Shown here one piece after another: positions 12,388 to 24,500 of a stretch of 62,000 bases of DNA; within the stretch, counting starts at the first letter, position 1; each line of letters begins with the position of its first letter. This stretch comes from Wallemia ichthyophaga EXF-994 (Eukaryota; Fungi; Basidiomycota): the NCBI RefSeq assembly GCF_000400465.1, contig NW_008806280.1, positions 206,001 to 268,000 of the forward strand. Reading direction: 5' to 3'. The position numbers and the translations under genes are program-made. Below the pieces are notes generated by a model. That model did no database searches. It saw nothing but the letters and a program-made list of their open reading frames with translations, and was not told the DNA's origin.

Positions 12388-14091
12388 AATGCTCAATTTT
12401 TATGTTTAAAGCTTCCATTATAATTCAACTTGTGCACTTCAAAAATTGCTTAAATATTCAGTCGAATTGTGGAACAAGCCATGAATGAATAAATTTTACA
12501 CATTAATTCCCAAAAAGGTTGTGAAATTCGATGAGTGACAGATAATTCTGGACATCTGTTTATCGAGAAAAACTGGATCAATCAATTTAAAAATTAAATC
12601 ACCACCCAGTTGAATTAACCGTTACAATATAGAGACATGGCGATCAGTCTTGAGTGATATACAAAGCCTAAATTAGCTTTGAAGAAGTCATATATTTAGA
12701 CAATTTTTGAAGTCAATTTCCAAGACTGCAAAGTTGAAGATTTGTTGATCTAGTACAAAATAGATGTTCTGCAAGAAGCTTCTTTTTCTTGTCAAAGATC
12801 ATTCTAACTGTATGAGCGTGATTAATAATTATGCTTATTGTCAATCTTAGTTAGTACTTTAAACCCGGAAAATTGTCAGTTTGAAGTGACCGTATCTTGA
12901 TTAGATCCGTGTCAGAAGCTCGATTTCGACAAAATAACTTCGAAATCTAACTTGCGCCAAATCATGATAAAAAAAACACATCAATCAATGGCAGATAAAT
13001 TTTTTTAGTCCATATAGATTTCCCTACACATTATATATCACTATAAAACAAAATAGCGCTAGCTTTATTAACCTAAAGTTTTCGATGGCTTATTATATAT
13101 ATTATACAACGATTTACTCTTACAAGTGTCAGTTTTGTGAAGTTTTTTTAAAGTTAGATCAATACTCGTTAGAATAATATTTTAATCGAACATGTTTTAG
13201 TTAGCTTAAGCGTAAGGAGAAGTAACTTCAAGAATAGACACATCAGTAAATGATGACAGCCGATAAAATGAACGAAGCTTGAAAAACTTCAACGTGATAC
13301 TGTTTCATAAGATGGAGAGAATGTGCCGATTAATACCCTATTGGTTTTTCTAACATTTTTTATTGTTACGTTTTTGATCTAATTAATAATATATATCTTT
13401 TAATGGTCGGGTGCAAAATAATCTCTTAAATGAAAGGTCTCCACCTCTATCAATTCATGGCTTCGTCTCAAATTCCATGTTTTATTATCTATGAATATTT
13501 TTCGGAATAAATGCAGTCATTGTTACCTGCATTCTTTAATCTAAATCAATTATTCAGGAAGTTGGAACATCTGTAGTTCTAACATCCGTAAATAAACCCA
13601 TAGTCGTGGCTAGTTTGTGGATGGCATAAAATCTTCGACTAATCCGAAGTACTTAAAAAGCGAAATTGGAAAAAATTTAACATTCACACACAATTTGCTA
13701 AAATGCTAATCATTTTGTCAAATATACTCATTTTGTCCATCCGTTTTATGCAATTATTTGAAGCATGTCCATGTTAAAAATAGTGAGCTGTTGATCGTAA
13801 GTCGATGTTTGGTTATAATCTAGGATGACCTTTTTATAAAACGATGAATGGGCTACAACAAAATAGTATTCTTTTTTAGTTCACAAGTACTACATTGACT
13901 TTCGTAAACATTAGCCTTTGACTTTTTATAACAATTTTTAGCTTCATGATCTTCATAGTGCGCTTTTATTTTCAAATAACATTGTGTTGACATGAACTTG
14001 AGTTAATAATTTCCCCGTGACTCAATCCCTCAGATCTCTTGTTGTGAGATTACACTGTTTCGCTGAGTTTAAAACACATAACATTTTAATC

Positions 14092-16539
14092 CAAGTGAAC
14101 CGAATAAATTGTCAGACCCACGGATCTCTATGATTTTGAATCAAATCAATGTGAACATTTCATATGTCAAATGGAGGTTAAATGCGATTTCGATAAACAC
14201 ATAGACGTTACCTGCTTTCCAGCAATGGAAATGCCCAGAAATAATTATCAGGCTTACTTTTTACGTCTATTTACTCTTCATCGTAGCTAGAGCATGTACA
14301 TTATCGTTTTTCAAGGATATTGCGATTTAGAATATTATGTCATGATTTCTGGACTTTTAACATACAAATGGCTGAACGGCTGTCTGTTTGGTTCACTTTT
14401 CTTTTCTCCTCAATCTTATCCTTTCCTCAGTGCCAGTGTTTTTATGAATCGTGACCAAATTGCTATTATAAATAGTGAGTGCGTATTAATCAGAGATATC
14501 TTAGAAAACTCAATGACAAATGGATACCTTTTTGGGACTGTGTTCAATTTGTCTTAACCTTACGCAATTATTTGGACTAGCGGATCCAATTACATTCTGA
14601 TATTTGCATAATTATCTTTGTATTTTGATAATGCATATCGTTTTAAGCAATTTTATTCTTCTTTTTCGAAGCGTGCAGGGTTCGGTAATTCTGTTAATTA
14701 AGATACAGCCATGACGTGGATTTTGACGACTCCGGCCATTGCAACCATTACCCCTTTTCTATAAAAGTTTTTGTTTCACATCGATAACTCATCTTAGCAA
14801 TTTAATTCCATCACAAAGTTTGTTAAGGCACTGTTAAGGTTCAGAGTTGTACTTGAGAAATGACTTGTACAGTAAATTTAACATCCATTATAATAATTAA
14901 TTAGAATGTAATATAAAAATAGCGTGACCTTTAAAGTGTTCTGCTTGAAATCTGTCCTGGAGGTTTATCCGATAAGGCTACGAGGAGAAGGTAAAAGACG
15001 TTTACGAGACGGCGAAGAGAGAGCGTGACGATAAAAAGGGCTTGGGATTAATATTGGGTTTGTCACCTAACAGATTCAGACTAGTGACTTAAGCAATGTC
15101 AGATATTATAATTATATTAGTTATGATGTTAAGATACAGTTAAAAATTAGCGTGGCTCGTGACATCTCGTAATTAACAAGTCTGCAATTCTTTTAAGTTT
15201 TAGACTGCTGGGTTGAGGAACGGTTTGTACAGCGAATGAGCAGATGGAATAAAGTGAACATGAAGTTTTCCGACGATGACTCACTATCGATTCAGAATGA
15301 ATGTCCGGCGACCAGTGACTATCCGACCACACAACCGAAAGCGTTGACGAGAAAAGTCAGCGATATGACACTTTGACAGAAGGAAAGAGAATAAGATATA
15401 TATCGTATGTTCTCTTGGTATCGTTTGATGAGTTGACATCATTAGTCTCTGAAATTTGGACGACGTATATTCTTGCGCTGCCTAAACAAGAGGATCACGC
15501 AACTTGAATTCCTAGCGTATCTTGCATACAACAAGACAGCGAGCTTTCCTAGTGTATTATTGAGGAATTATTGTTTCAGCTTATTGAGTTGCGATGACTA
15601 CTGAGGAGTGGTACCAGCAGATACGGGTATTGAGGCAGTTAGGGAGGGAAGAACAGGTGGAGTTTGGAATTATTGACAGCATTTTTGGTGACTGATAAGC
15701 GAAAGAAAAGTACGCCTTCAAATTACAACGCTGAACTTATAGTTAAGCGCGTCAATATCACGTCTTCCTTTCGTGGACATACCGTCGTTTGAAGGCTGAA
15801 GAGTGCTATTAGATTCTTAGATAGCTTAAATGTAGCTCTAATACACTCAGGATTATTTTTTACCATGCTTCCCCTCTCACAGTCGAAAATACCATGCTCA
15901 ATGACGTATTTTTTACAGCATCATCGGTAGTACAAAGTGGGGAGATTTAGATATCATTATGTGCAGAGTACCTGTGTGAGAAGAATTCAAATGCCCTTAT
16001 CATGAATAACTTAAGTAATTTGCTCTACACTCGTCCAGCTAAATTTGACATAATGCAGTGAGTGTGATTTAAGATCTAAAAATATTTGTTCCTAAAATCA
16101 TAACATCTAAGATTCCAATCCAGTCTATAATACCTGTCAAACCCTATTGTTTGAAATTTCGAAATGCACTACTGGTCATAAAAATAAAGTCTCCTTGGAG
16201 CCAGCATGAAATCCTGTGGACGCTAATTGTCGGAGAACGTAAATCACGTTTATACAGCCGAAATTCTGAGCTGATTGGGTGCTACTTGTCTTCATCAGCT
16301 AGACATATTTGTTTATTTATATATGAAGCGCGTGACATCGTTCATAGTAATCCTATTTGCATTCGACTTCTCACTTACTTGGTCATTTGCAAGGTGCCTT
16401 GAGCGTATTTAGCTCAATAGATTTCTTCAAAACGCTTTAGATAGTATTAAATTAACATTCAAATCACCCTATCATATACAGAGATGAGTCTCAGATCCAG
16501 TATTTAAGGATCCAAGGGATACAACTGTTAAGCAATATT
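14092..16539 (-). repeat. Right arm of the 2448-bp inverted repeat
   Basis: Line-by-line comparison found 5 mismatches, at left/right positions 9946/16533, 9955/16524, 11277/15202, 11298/15181 and 11317/15162. Confidence 0.99.
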
Positions 16540-16713
16540 GAAACCCTTAGAAGTAATCAATTCGTGCATTTTTCTTCTGTATGCATTACTTGCATTAGTG
16601 AATGTGTGACTCAACCAGGAACGAGAAAGCGAAGGAATGATATATATTACATCAATCCGGTATATACCATTAAGAGACTACATCTATTATAATGTGCAAA
16701 GTATAAAATACAG

Positions 16714-19537
16714 TTAACTTTCAATCAGACCGAGTCTCTCCTTCGATCTCTTGCTAGCGCGATATAGCTCATGAAGAGCTTTCCTAACTCCATTAAAGTC
16801 ACAAGCCTCTATACAGCTGTTGTAAACATTTAGTAAACGCTAGTAGCCTATAAAAATCTAACTCACGACGTATACTTGTCAATGAAAAAGCTCTGATCCG
16901 CCATACCCACATTGACCAGCTTGGATTGCTGAATAATAGCAGGTATGACGTTTTTCATCAGCGCAGCATCGAACTCTGAAAGCTGTCTTAGGAGAGTGAT
17001 AACCGTACTGGTGCAGTCTTCCGGGAAGGTGTTGAGTAAACCTTGTAATAGTACTTTTGTTAAATTGGCGATATTAGTATGATTCGAGAGGGTGTTCTTG
17101 ATTGTATTTTTGTCCACTTCAACGTTGTCACCACTAGTTAAGTATCCAACTAATGATCTTATGAAATCCAATGAGATCAAGATTGTGTCAACACTAAACA
17201 ACGTTAATGCAGTGAGGGATAATTCGAAAATAGGCTGAATCACGCTTCCATTGATAACGAGTGCAGGTCTGAGATCAATGATCTGTAGTAATAAATGCAA
17301 ATAATCTTCAACTAAGTCAGGTATTTTGGTTGCATCAGTTGATTGTAAAATTGAGAATAATTTATTAGATATTTTGTTGAACGATTGACTTATAAGCTGT
17401 TTATCGTTAGCAGCATAGTTAAAAGCCTTGGTCAGCAACCAAATATACACTGATAGAGGATTTAAGTCGAATGAATTGGTCAGTAATTCAATTAACTTTG
17501 GTATAACTGTAACGACAGCCTGCTCATCGAAGAATCTTAATCCCTTTCTAAACAATCCACAGACTCTTTCGATCAAAGTCGCTGATGACCTATTATGATG
17601 GACAATAATACTTGCGAATACGTCATACAACTCATAAAAAGTCACCTGGCATTGGATTGGTAAGGGTGCGATTGGACCTGTGAAGGCAATGTAGCATTCA
17701 ATTTGCTCTATATTGATAATCAAGATCTTGATATCATCATGAGATAAAGTGCTCTTCGTGATAACCCCCTTGACATTATTCAAGTATGGTTGAGTGAACT
17801 TCTGTATGAGAGCCAACTGATCGTTCTTATCGCTGATGGACTCAATGACCAAAGAGATGGATTCGGAGATAGATCTGTGATCATCTTCTTGTAAACCAGA
17901 CTGAATTAGTTGATTGTTGAACTCCAATAGTTGAGGTAAATAAGGTATCAATTGCTTGTTGCAGTCTTCGCATAAGAACTTTAAAGCTTGCGAAGAAGCA
18001 GCAGGGATGTCAACATCCTTACAACTGAGATCGAAACCTGTTGTGATAAACGACATATAGAATGGAATGTGGTCAGGCTTTAAATTGATCCACTCAGTAA
18101 ACCTAGAAGCAACCAATATACCTGCATACTTGATTCTAGGATGTTGAGGAAGGTTTGGCAGCAAATTGAAGATGTTCTCTAAAATTTCATTGTCGCTCTG
18201 GTAATCGACTTTGGAGCCCATAGACCTAATTGAAAAGAGAGGCGCTTCAACTGATTGCCATTCATTTGAATTAATTGCAGTAAGAATCAAGGAATACGAC
18301 CTAGACAAGCAGTAGCTTGATCCTATCACAGTGCAACAATCTTTTAAGGTGTCACCAATGTAATGCCTAAATGATCTGAAGTCATCATACTCTTGAGCAG
18401 TGATAGTGGATTCATCGAGAGGAAATTTTAAATGATTGATGAAAATGTCAAGCAAAGACGAGTAGATTGGTACGAAATGCGGCTTTAAATCACTCTTTAT
18501 GTCCAGAGAATGAGCCAGCTTGTACCAGAAGTTGAAGGTGATCTGGGCTATGTCTAAATCGTGATAGGATGATGATGAAATAATGGCTTGAATGACATGG
18601 CTGAATGACGAAGGTGATGATAACATGAGCGGCAAGTAAGTTTCACCGACTTGGCAGTACAGTCTGGTGAAAAGTCTAACAGCGTCGTTATCTTCTTGGT
18701 CAATGTTGAGTGGCTTTGATAACTCTAATAAGATGACAGTGATTAGCTCGTTATTATCTTGTAGCTCTTGAGACTCATTGATAAGGACTATAAGAGTTTC
18801 AATACCAGACTCGACCAAACTTTCGTCTTGAAGTGAGTTTAAAAGGGAGGACAAAATGTTGGAATTAAGCAAAGAAGATGGAAAAATTTCGCCAGAGACT
18901 AGCCAAGATTTCAAGCAATTAAAGACTAAAGCATTGTCTGTGTTGCTATTGGCAATATACGAGTCCAAAAGCTGTAAGACTTTATTGGAGTTGTTGGTAA
19001 GGAGAGTGGATGAACGGTGAGAGAGCTGGTCGTAAGAAAGCTGAATTCTTTGATTATTGACTTCTTCAGGTAAAATGGTCAAAAAGTCAAGTAGAATGTC
19101 ATTATTTGCCGAGTAGAAGGACTCAACGTAATCAGTCACGGGATCTGACCAATCAAAGTACTGAATGGCCAAATCAGCTAACGATAAATTCAAATAAGTC
19201 TTCAAAACGCGTGGATGATTAGATTTAACTAAAGAGGAAAGCAAAGTGTCTTTAAGTGAGGATAGTGATTGATATGGCAACTGGTCGAAATCGTAGATAA
19301 TTTTTGATCTAAACGTCTGCACTGCGAATAGTTTTAATTCCAAAGGTAAATTATCCTCGACTAAGAGGTCGTTGGATATTTGCCATGCATCTTGCTACGC
19401 GAGTGGTTAGAAACGCAGGCCAAGCACGTGTAACTCACAGTCTGTTGAAACGATTGCAGATATTCATTGGCTAGTGATTTTTTGCTGTTATCTGCATCAT
19501 AGTATAAAATATTCAACGCCTCTATAACTTGAGCCAT
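16714..19537 (-). CDS. MTR10: Transportin-SR / importin Mtr10 (TNPO3)
   Basis: N-terminus MAQVIEALNILY..ANEYLQSFQ..AWQI, LFAVQTFRSKIIYD, ITFNFWYKL, DFRSFRHYIGDTLKDCC, EAPLFSIRSMG; HEAT-repeat composition. Last exon inferred. Confidence 0.9.
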
Positions 19538-19558
19538 CACAAACGAGAAACAAGAATA

Positions 19559-20059
19559 ATGTCAAATATCAAGTTAGACGATATTCAATTTAAAAGATTT
19601 AACAAGCCATTGCCACCGAGATCTTCTCCTTTTAAATCTTTATCCTTACTTCTTGGCCTTTCTCTTTCATCGTGGGCCGTCTTCCTCACTTATTCAAACA
19701 ACGCCGAGAGGCTTTCTTCTTCCGTGGTGAAAGAGCTCATTAGGCAGAGCAAATTTCATCCTCTCACCAGAGATGTACTCGGTGCACCGATAAGACCCGC
19801 TTCAGATAACTGGTTTCTGTTGGGTGGTCTCTTAGGATCAACTTGGGTTAACGGCTCAGTTTCAATGATGCAAGGCAAGGTAGATATTAGTTTGAGGCTT
19901 AAAGGGTCTTTAGATTCAGGTACCGTGTACTTTACTTCAATTAGGAACTCAAATAAAGACAAGTTCAACATTCTGAGATACAAGTTGATCGACGATAACG
20001 GTACTCATCATAATCTATTGAATCAATCATCGATACAAGACTTTGAAAGCATTGAATAG
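19559..20059 (+). CDS. COA1: Cytochrome c oxidase assembly factor Coa1
   Basis: Single TM segment, then NAERLSSSVV, WVNGSVSMMQGKVDISLRLKGSLDSGTVYFTSIR. Confidence 0.82.
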   Translation: MSNIKLDDIQFKRFNKPLPPRSSPFKSLSLLLGLSLSSWAVFLTYSNNAERLSSSVVKELIRQSKFHPLTRDVLGAPIRPASDNWFLLGGLLGSTWVNGSVSMMQGKVDISLRLKGSLDSGTVYFTSIRNSNKDKFNILRYKLIDDNGTHHNLLNQSSIQDFESIE

Positions 20060-20063
20060 CTTT

Positions 20064-21378
20064 TTACTTGGCATTTACATACCCCAACTCATTCAATCCC
20101 TCTTTCACCACTTGTAACACTCTGTCCACATCTTGTCTCTTCTCATTCACTACACTTTCACCCATGTGTCCCACTCTCATGTATTGATCCTTGCAATCCT
20201 TATGCAATCCACCTGCAGCGACGACACCTCTCTTAACAATACACTTGAGTAAGTCTGCACCTTTTACACCGCTTGGATAGACAATAGTTGTCATTCCATT
20301 GGCTTGATATCCCTCATCACAGGCAAGCTGTTTCAATCCCCAGCTGTGGATAACTTTCTTGAAATTGTTTGAAACTTCCTTGTGCTTTCTGAAGCGATGT
20401 TCCAAGCTACAATGGCTATTCTCAACTATAGCCTTGAGTGTTGTGTTAAGTGCATATATCAGTTGTACTGGTGGTGTAGCAAAGTAGGCTGGTTGATTAC
20501 TCTCGTATGCTCTCATTACGGGCAGCCAGCGAGACCAGTTAGCATAGTAGCTTGATGCTGGTGATTTTCTAGATTGCTGTACTTTAATAGCTCTTTCAGA
20601 CGCCCAAACTAGCGATAAACCAGGTGGAGCACCGATTCCTTTCTGAGATGCGCTGACAATTACCTGTGCATTAACGTTAGAAGCAGGCCATATGTTAGCT
20701 TTCACCCACATCGATGCTCCAGTCATCGAATCTGATCAACTCCGATCCAACGCTACACACACCATCGAGTACAACTAAACAGTGAGGTTGCAATTGTTTG
20801 ACGACCTTTGCAACTGTTTCAATATCACTCAAAACACCAGTAGAAGTGTCTACGTGAGTTAAAGTGACTAACTTGTATTGCTTTTGCTTTAAAGTGTCTT
20901 GCAATTGATCAATCGAGACGGATCTACCGATTTGGCACTTTAGATGATCAACGTTGCCACCATAGACACTGAGGCAATTCCCAAACTCATCGCCAAAGTA
21001 GCCTGTGTTGATGACTAAGGCGTTATCGCCTGACTCTATAAGATTGCTGCCAACTTGATCCCAACCTAGTGTACCGCTGCCGGAGACGATAAATGGCTGG
21101 GCTGAGTCGCTGTAGACCAAGCTCCTGAGCATCTTGATACAGTGCCCAAACACAGGTATAAAGTTGGGTGACACGTGGGATACTGAGGGATGGGCATTTG
21201 CGTAAAGTACCTTAGATTATTAGGATTAGATTAATGTACTTGATGGGCTAGCAGAATAACAGCGCAACCCACTTCATCGGAAACTTCTATTGGTCCTCTA
21301 CATCAAGTCAGCCAACACAGGCAATGCACGTGTCACCTACGGTATAACCAGCAGCGAGTGGTCCTCTTGCTTAAACAT
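20064..21378 (-). CDS. AGX1: Alanine-glyoxylate aminotransferase (PLP-dependent, class V)
   Basis: LLVIPGPIEVSDEV, SGSGTLGWDQVGSNL, THVDTSTGVL, DGVCSVG, SASQKGIGAPPGLS (PLP lysine), YFATPPVQLIYAL, RVGHMG. Confidence 0.93.
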
Positions 21379-21576
21379 TGGTGTAATTATATGTTGACTG
21401 ATTTGGTTCAACCGCTCCACTGCGTGCCCCGTCATTCTATACTATCTCCGTTTTCCTGTCACACGCCGATAAACGGGACTCCTTCGCGACACCGTGCAAA
21501 TGTCATTAAAAATTAAATAATTTACTCAAATCTGTACAGATGCAGTTTGCTATCCAATTTTATTCAATCGATACCT

Positions 21577-24500
21577 TTATTCTTCCTCGCCGGCGTAAGA
21601 AACATTTGCCTCAGCTGACTCGGCAATTTCATTTGTCTCATTTGTCTCATTTGTCTCACTCTTCAGCTGCTCCTCCGCATCCACTCTAGCTTTCCCTCCG
21701 ATGCTCCTGTTCGTGCGCTTCCTATAAAACAACAAGTACGCTGCTCGTGTTTTCACACTGTCTTTGTCCACCTTGGACACGAACGAGTCGTCGAAATGGT
21801 AGAACTCTTTAGAATCATGGTTGCGTGCGTAAGAAGTGTAGTGTCCACCACCGAGCCCACCGCTGTTAGTCGTTAGATAGTCAATCGTATCATCAACCAC
21901 TCCACCCACTAATGATTGTCGATGGCATACAGATCATACACTGCATCCTCTTCACTGTTCTCAATTCCAACGTCTGCTGGGTTGCCGCCGTTCAATCTAA
22001 TCTCTTTAGCCACTTGCTTCTCCCCAATCCTGTCATCGATATTGAATTCTTCCACAGGGAAGTCAACAAGCTGATCTAATTTATCGCGATTGTATCTCGA
22101 ACTTGCGAATCTTTTGAGGTGAACAACCAACACATCAGGTACTTTCCAGAGATCGAACTTCTTTGTTGCCTGTTGATGCTTTTTACATTTGGAACAATAC
22201 CAAAGGTCTTCTTCACCCAGCTTCTCTTCCTTTGTGAATTCGTCCAAGCAATCCTCAATTGTTATGTTCTTGCTTGGGTTCTTCACCGTCTCTCTCGACT
22301 GCACCATCTCTGGATCTTGGATTATCTCAAATTCTTCCCACTTTTCTGAACTGAGATCATTACCGAACACCTTCTCAGCTACTTCTTGATTCCATTCCAC
22401 TACAATAGCTTCGCCGAATTTTATTAATGAGATACTTTTCTGACGATCACTATCCACTGTCGAATACATTTCTTCGACGCTCTGTGAAGGAGTTGATTGT
22501 ACATCACCACCTTCTTTCATCTTGGAATCACCCTCCTCATCAATTTCCTTCACATCTTCAATATGCTCAATGTGCTCGATGTTTTGAGCGGCTTGTGCTG
22601 ATAAAGATGTAGATTGTAATAACTTCTCAGCGATTCCAGCCCTGACCTTGAGATCTGACTTTTTGTTACGTTCATATTGTGAGTTTCTTCCAGTGTTAAC
22701 ATCTGATGATCTAGAGAGGTAGCTAGAGCTGGATGGGGCTTCTAAATGTCTAAGTGTAACACTATCTCTATTGTCTTTGATCTGATTAAAGGTCCCTTTA
22801 TCTACGACAAAGTGTGCATACCTCTCCATGATAGCTTGGTAAATCTTGTCGAAATTCTGTGCATCAACTATAGGCAAAGCAATCATCATAGGTTTACCAA
22901 AAACATCACCGCTTGAATAAGTCGAAGAGTTGTCTTGGAATGCTGATGAGTATACAGGACATATCACCCAATCAGTTTCAAACACTCTGTTAACTTTATC
23001 CTTTCTATCTTGTGGTATGTGTATTGGTAACTCATAAACGAAGCATATATCACCTGTTTGCATTTCACTGACCAATTCATCGTCTAAGAATGTTTTGAAA
23101 ATATTTCCTTTGTACTCTTCAGCGACCCATAAGTTGGTTGATTCAACACCAGTAAGTGACGACACCTTATTCTTCAAACCTTTGAAAGATGAATTTGTAG
23201 AAAGCTCCAAGTCAATTCTTAACCTCTTTTTGTTATAATCAAATGGAATAAAGTAAACACTTCCATACCATTTTGACTTAATTGGCAGCGGTAACGTCAA
23301 ATACATGAATGGATCAAAAGTTATTGAAACCCTGTCACATTCAGGACAATTGACGGTAGATTTGAATTGACCTTGGAACAAATCAACAATAATACTATCG
23401 TTCCTTTGCTTATATAAGTCCCAGCAAACTTTGCCCAATTTTGCTACATCAACGGCACTACCGCCCTCCCAGTCAGGTATCTCAGTGTATGGCTTTTTCT
23501 TAATTCTGTTGAGATCTTCATGCAAGCCATCTAGAAGAAAAGCCAGAAACTCTTGCGTATCTTGCTGACCATAGCCTGCAAATGATGGTGCAAACTTAGA
23601 CAAGGTGTACTTGAATTCACGGGGTGCAACCGAGGATGAGACGCCGTACCAAAGTTTGTTAATCAATTGACCGAAGGATTCAGCTACTTGGCCTGACATA
23701 CCCAGTGGATTATCTGGGTTTAACTCTTTCTCGAAAAGTCCACTCAAGAAGTAAATACTCAGCTCTGACGTGTTACTCAAGCATTGTAAGGCTGAGTTCA
23801 TAAAGCAAGTGTTGCCCAAATTCTGCAATCCTACCAAACCTTTGGTTTTGACCTTTTGTTGAGATGTTTGTGAACGTGTCATCACTTTAGAGTCTTGAGA
23901 AGGATACTGCTGTTGTTGCTGCGATTCAAGTCTATCAATGAGGCCAGGTTTTCCGAATGGTTGACTCAGCATCTTTTGTTCGTAGTCGTCGTAAACCCAA
24001 TTGCCTAGTTTATCACAGACTTCTAAACAGAATGTCCCACCATCTTCGAGCATTGCTTCATTTATTTTCATGTTACCGTTTGACGTTTCAATGGCCTCTC
24101 TTTCCGAGTTGGGGAGGTAGTATAATGTATCAATCTTGATTGGCGATGAGATGTTGTACGGTACGCGCCAAAGACGTGCTCTATAGGAGATATCTGATGA
24201 GTCGTTGACCATGTCAGGATAGAGCGTTGCGATTGACATGTTGAGTAGCGTTGACAGTGGTGATTCGATTGAAAGGTTAAACTTTATCTCCTGCTCGGAT
24301 ACAACCAACGTAGATGACGATTGCGATTGTGATTCAATAGCTATAATTCTGAATGTAGGCGGGTAAAGTTCAACTCTCTCTGAATTTGCCATTTCCGATG
24401 TCTTAACGACTACACGCTGGATGAGAGGACCATTGTAGCCAAAGCTGATAATTTTATTAACTTGTTGAATCGATATTGATATTCAAAAGCACGTACCATT

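Larger units (their letters stand above)
9940..16539. other. Candidate regional centromere: IR arm / AT-rich unique core / IR arm (6.6 kb, gene-free)
   Basis: The largest gene-free interval in the window, with a long near-perfect IR, a low-GC core, no transposase ORF, and convergent flanking genes. Function is inferred from architecture only. Confidence 0.6.

Noticed and set aside
10077-16402. The six ORFs in the IR arms (83, 61 and 87 aa, each present twice) as real genes
   Set aside because: They have alternative start codons and no family motifs, and they appear twice only because of the inverted repeat.
9940-16539. IR as a mating-type switching cassette
   Set aside because: No homeodomain, pheromone, STE3 receptor or HMG gene lies in the core or nearby in this window.
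9938-16541. IR element as a TIR/foldback DNA transposon with a 3-bp TGA target-site duplication (9938-9940 / 16539-16541)
   Set aside because: There is no transposase, and no CACTA or other recognised terminal motif. A 3-bp match is easily chance, and arm similarity continues in degenerate form beyond this point, which is inconsistent with clean transposon ends. It cannot be fully excluded without a copy-number search.
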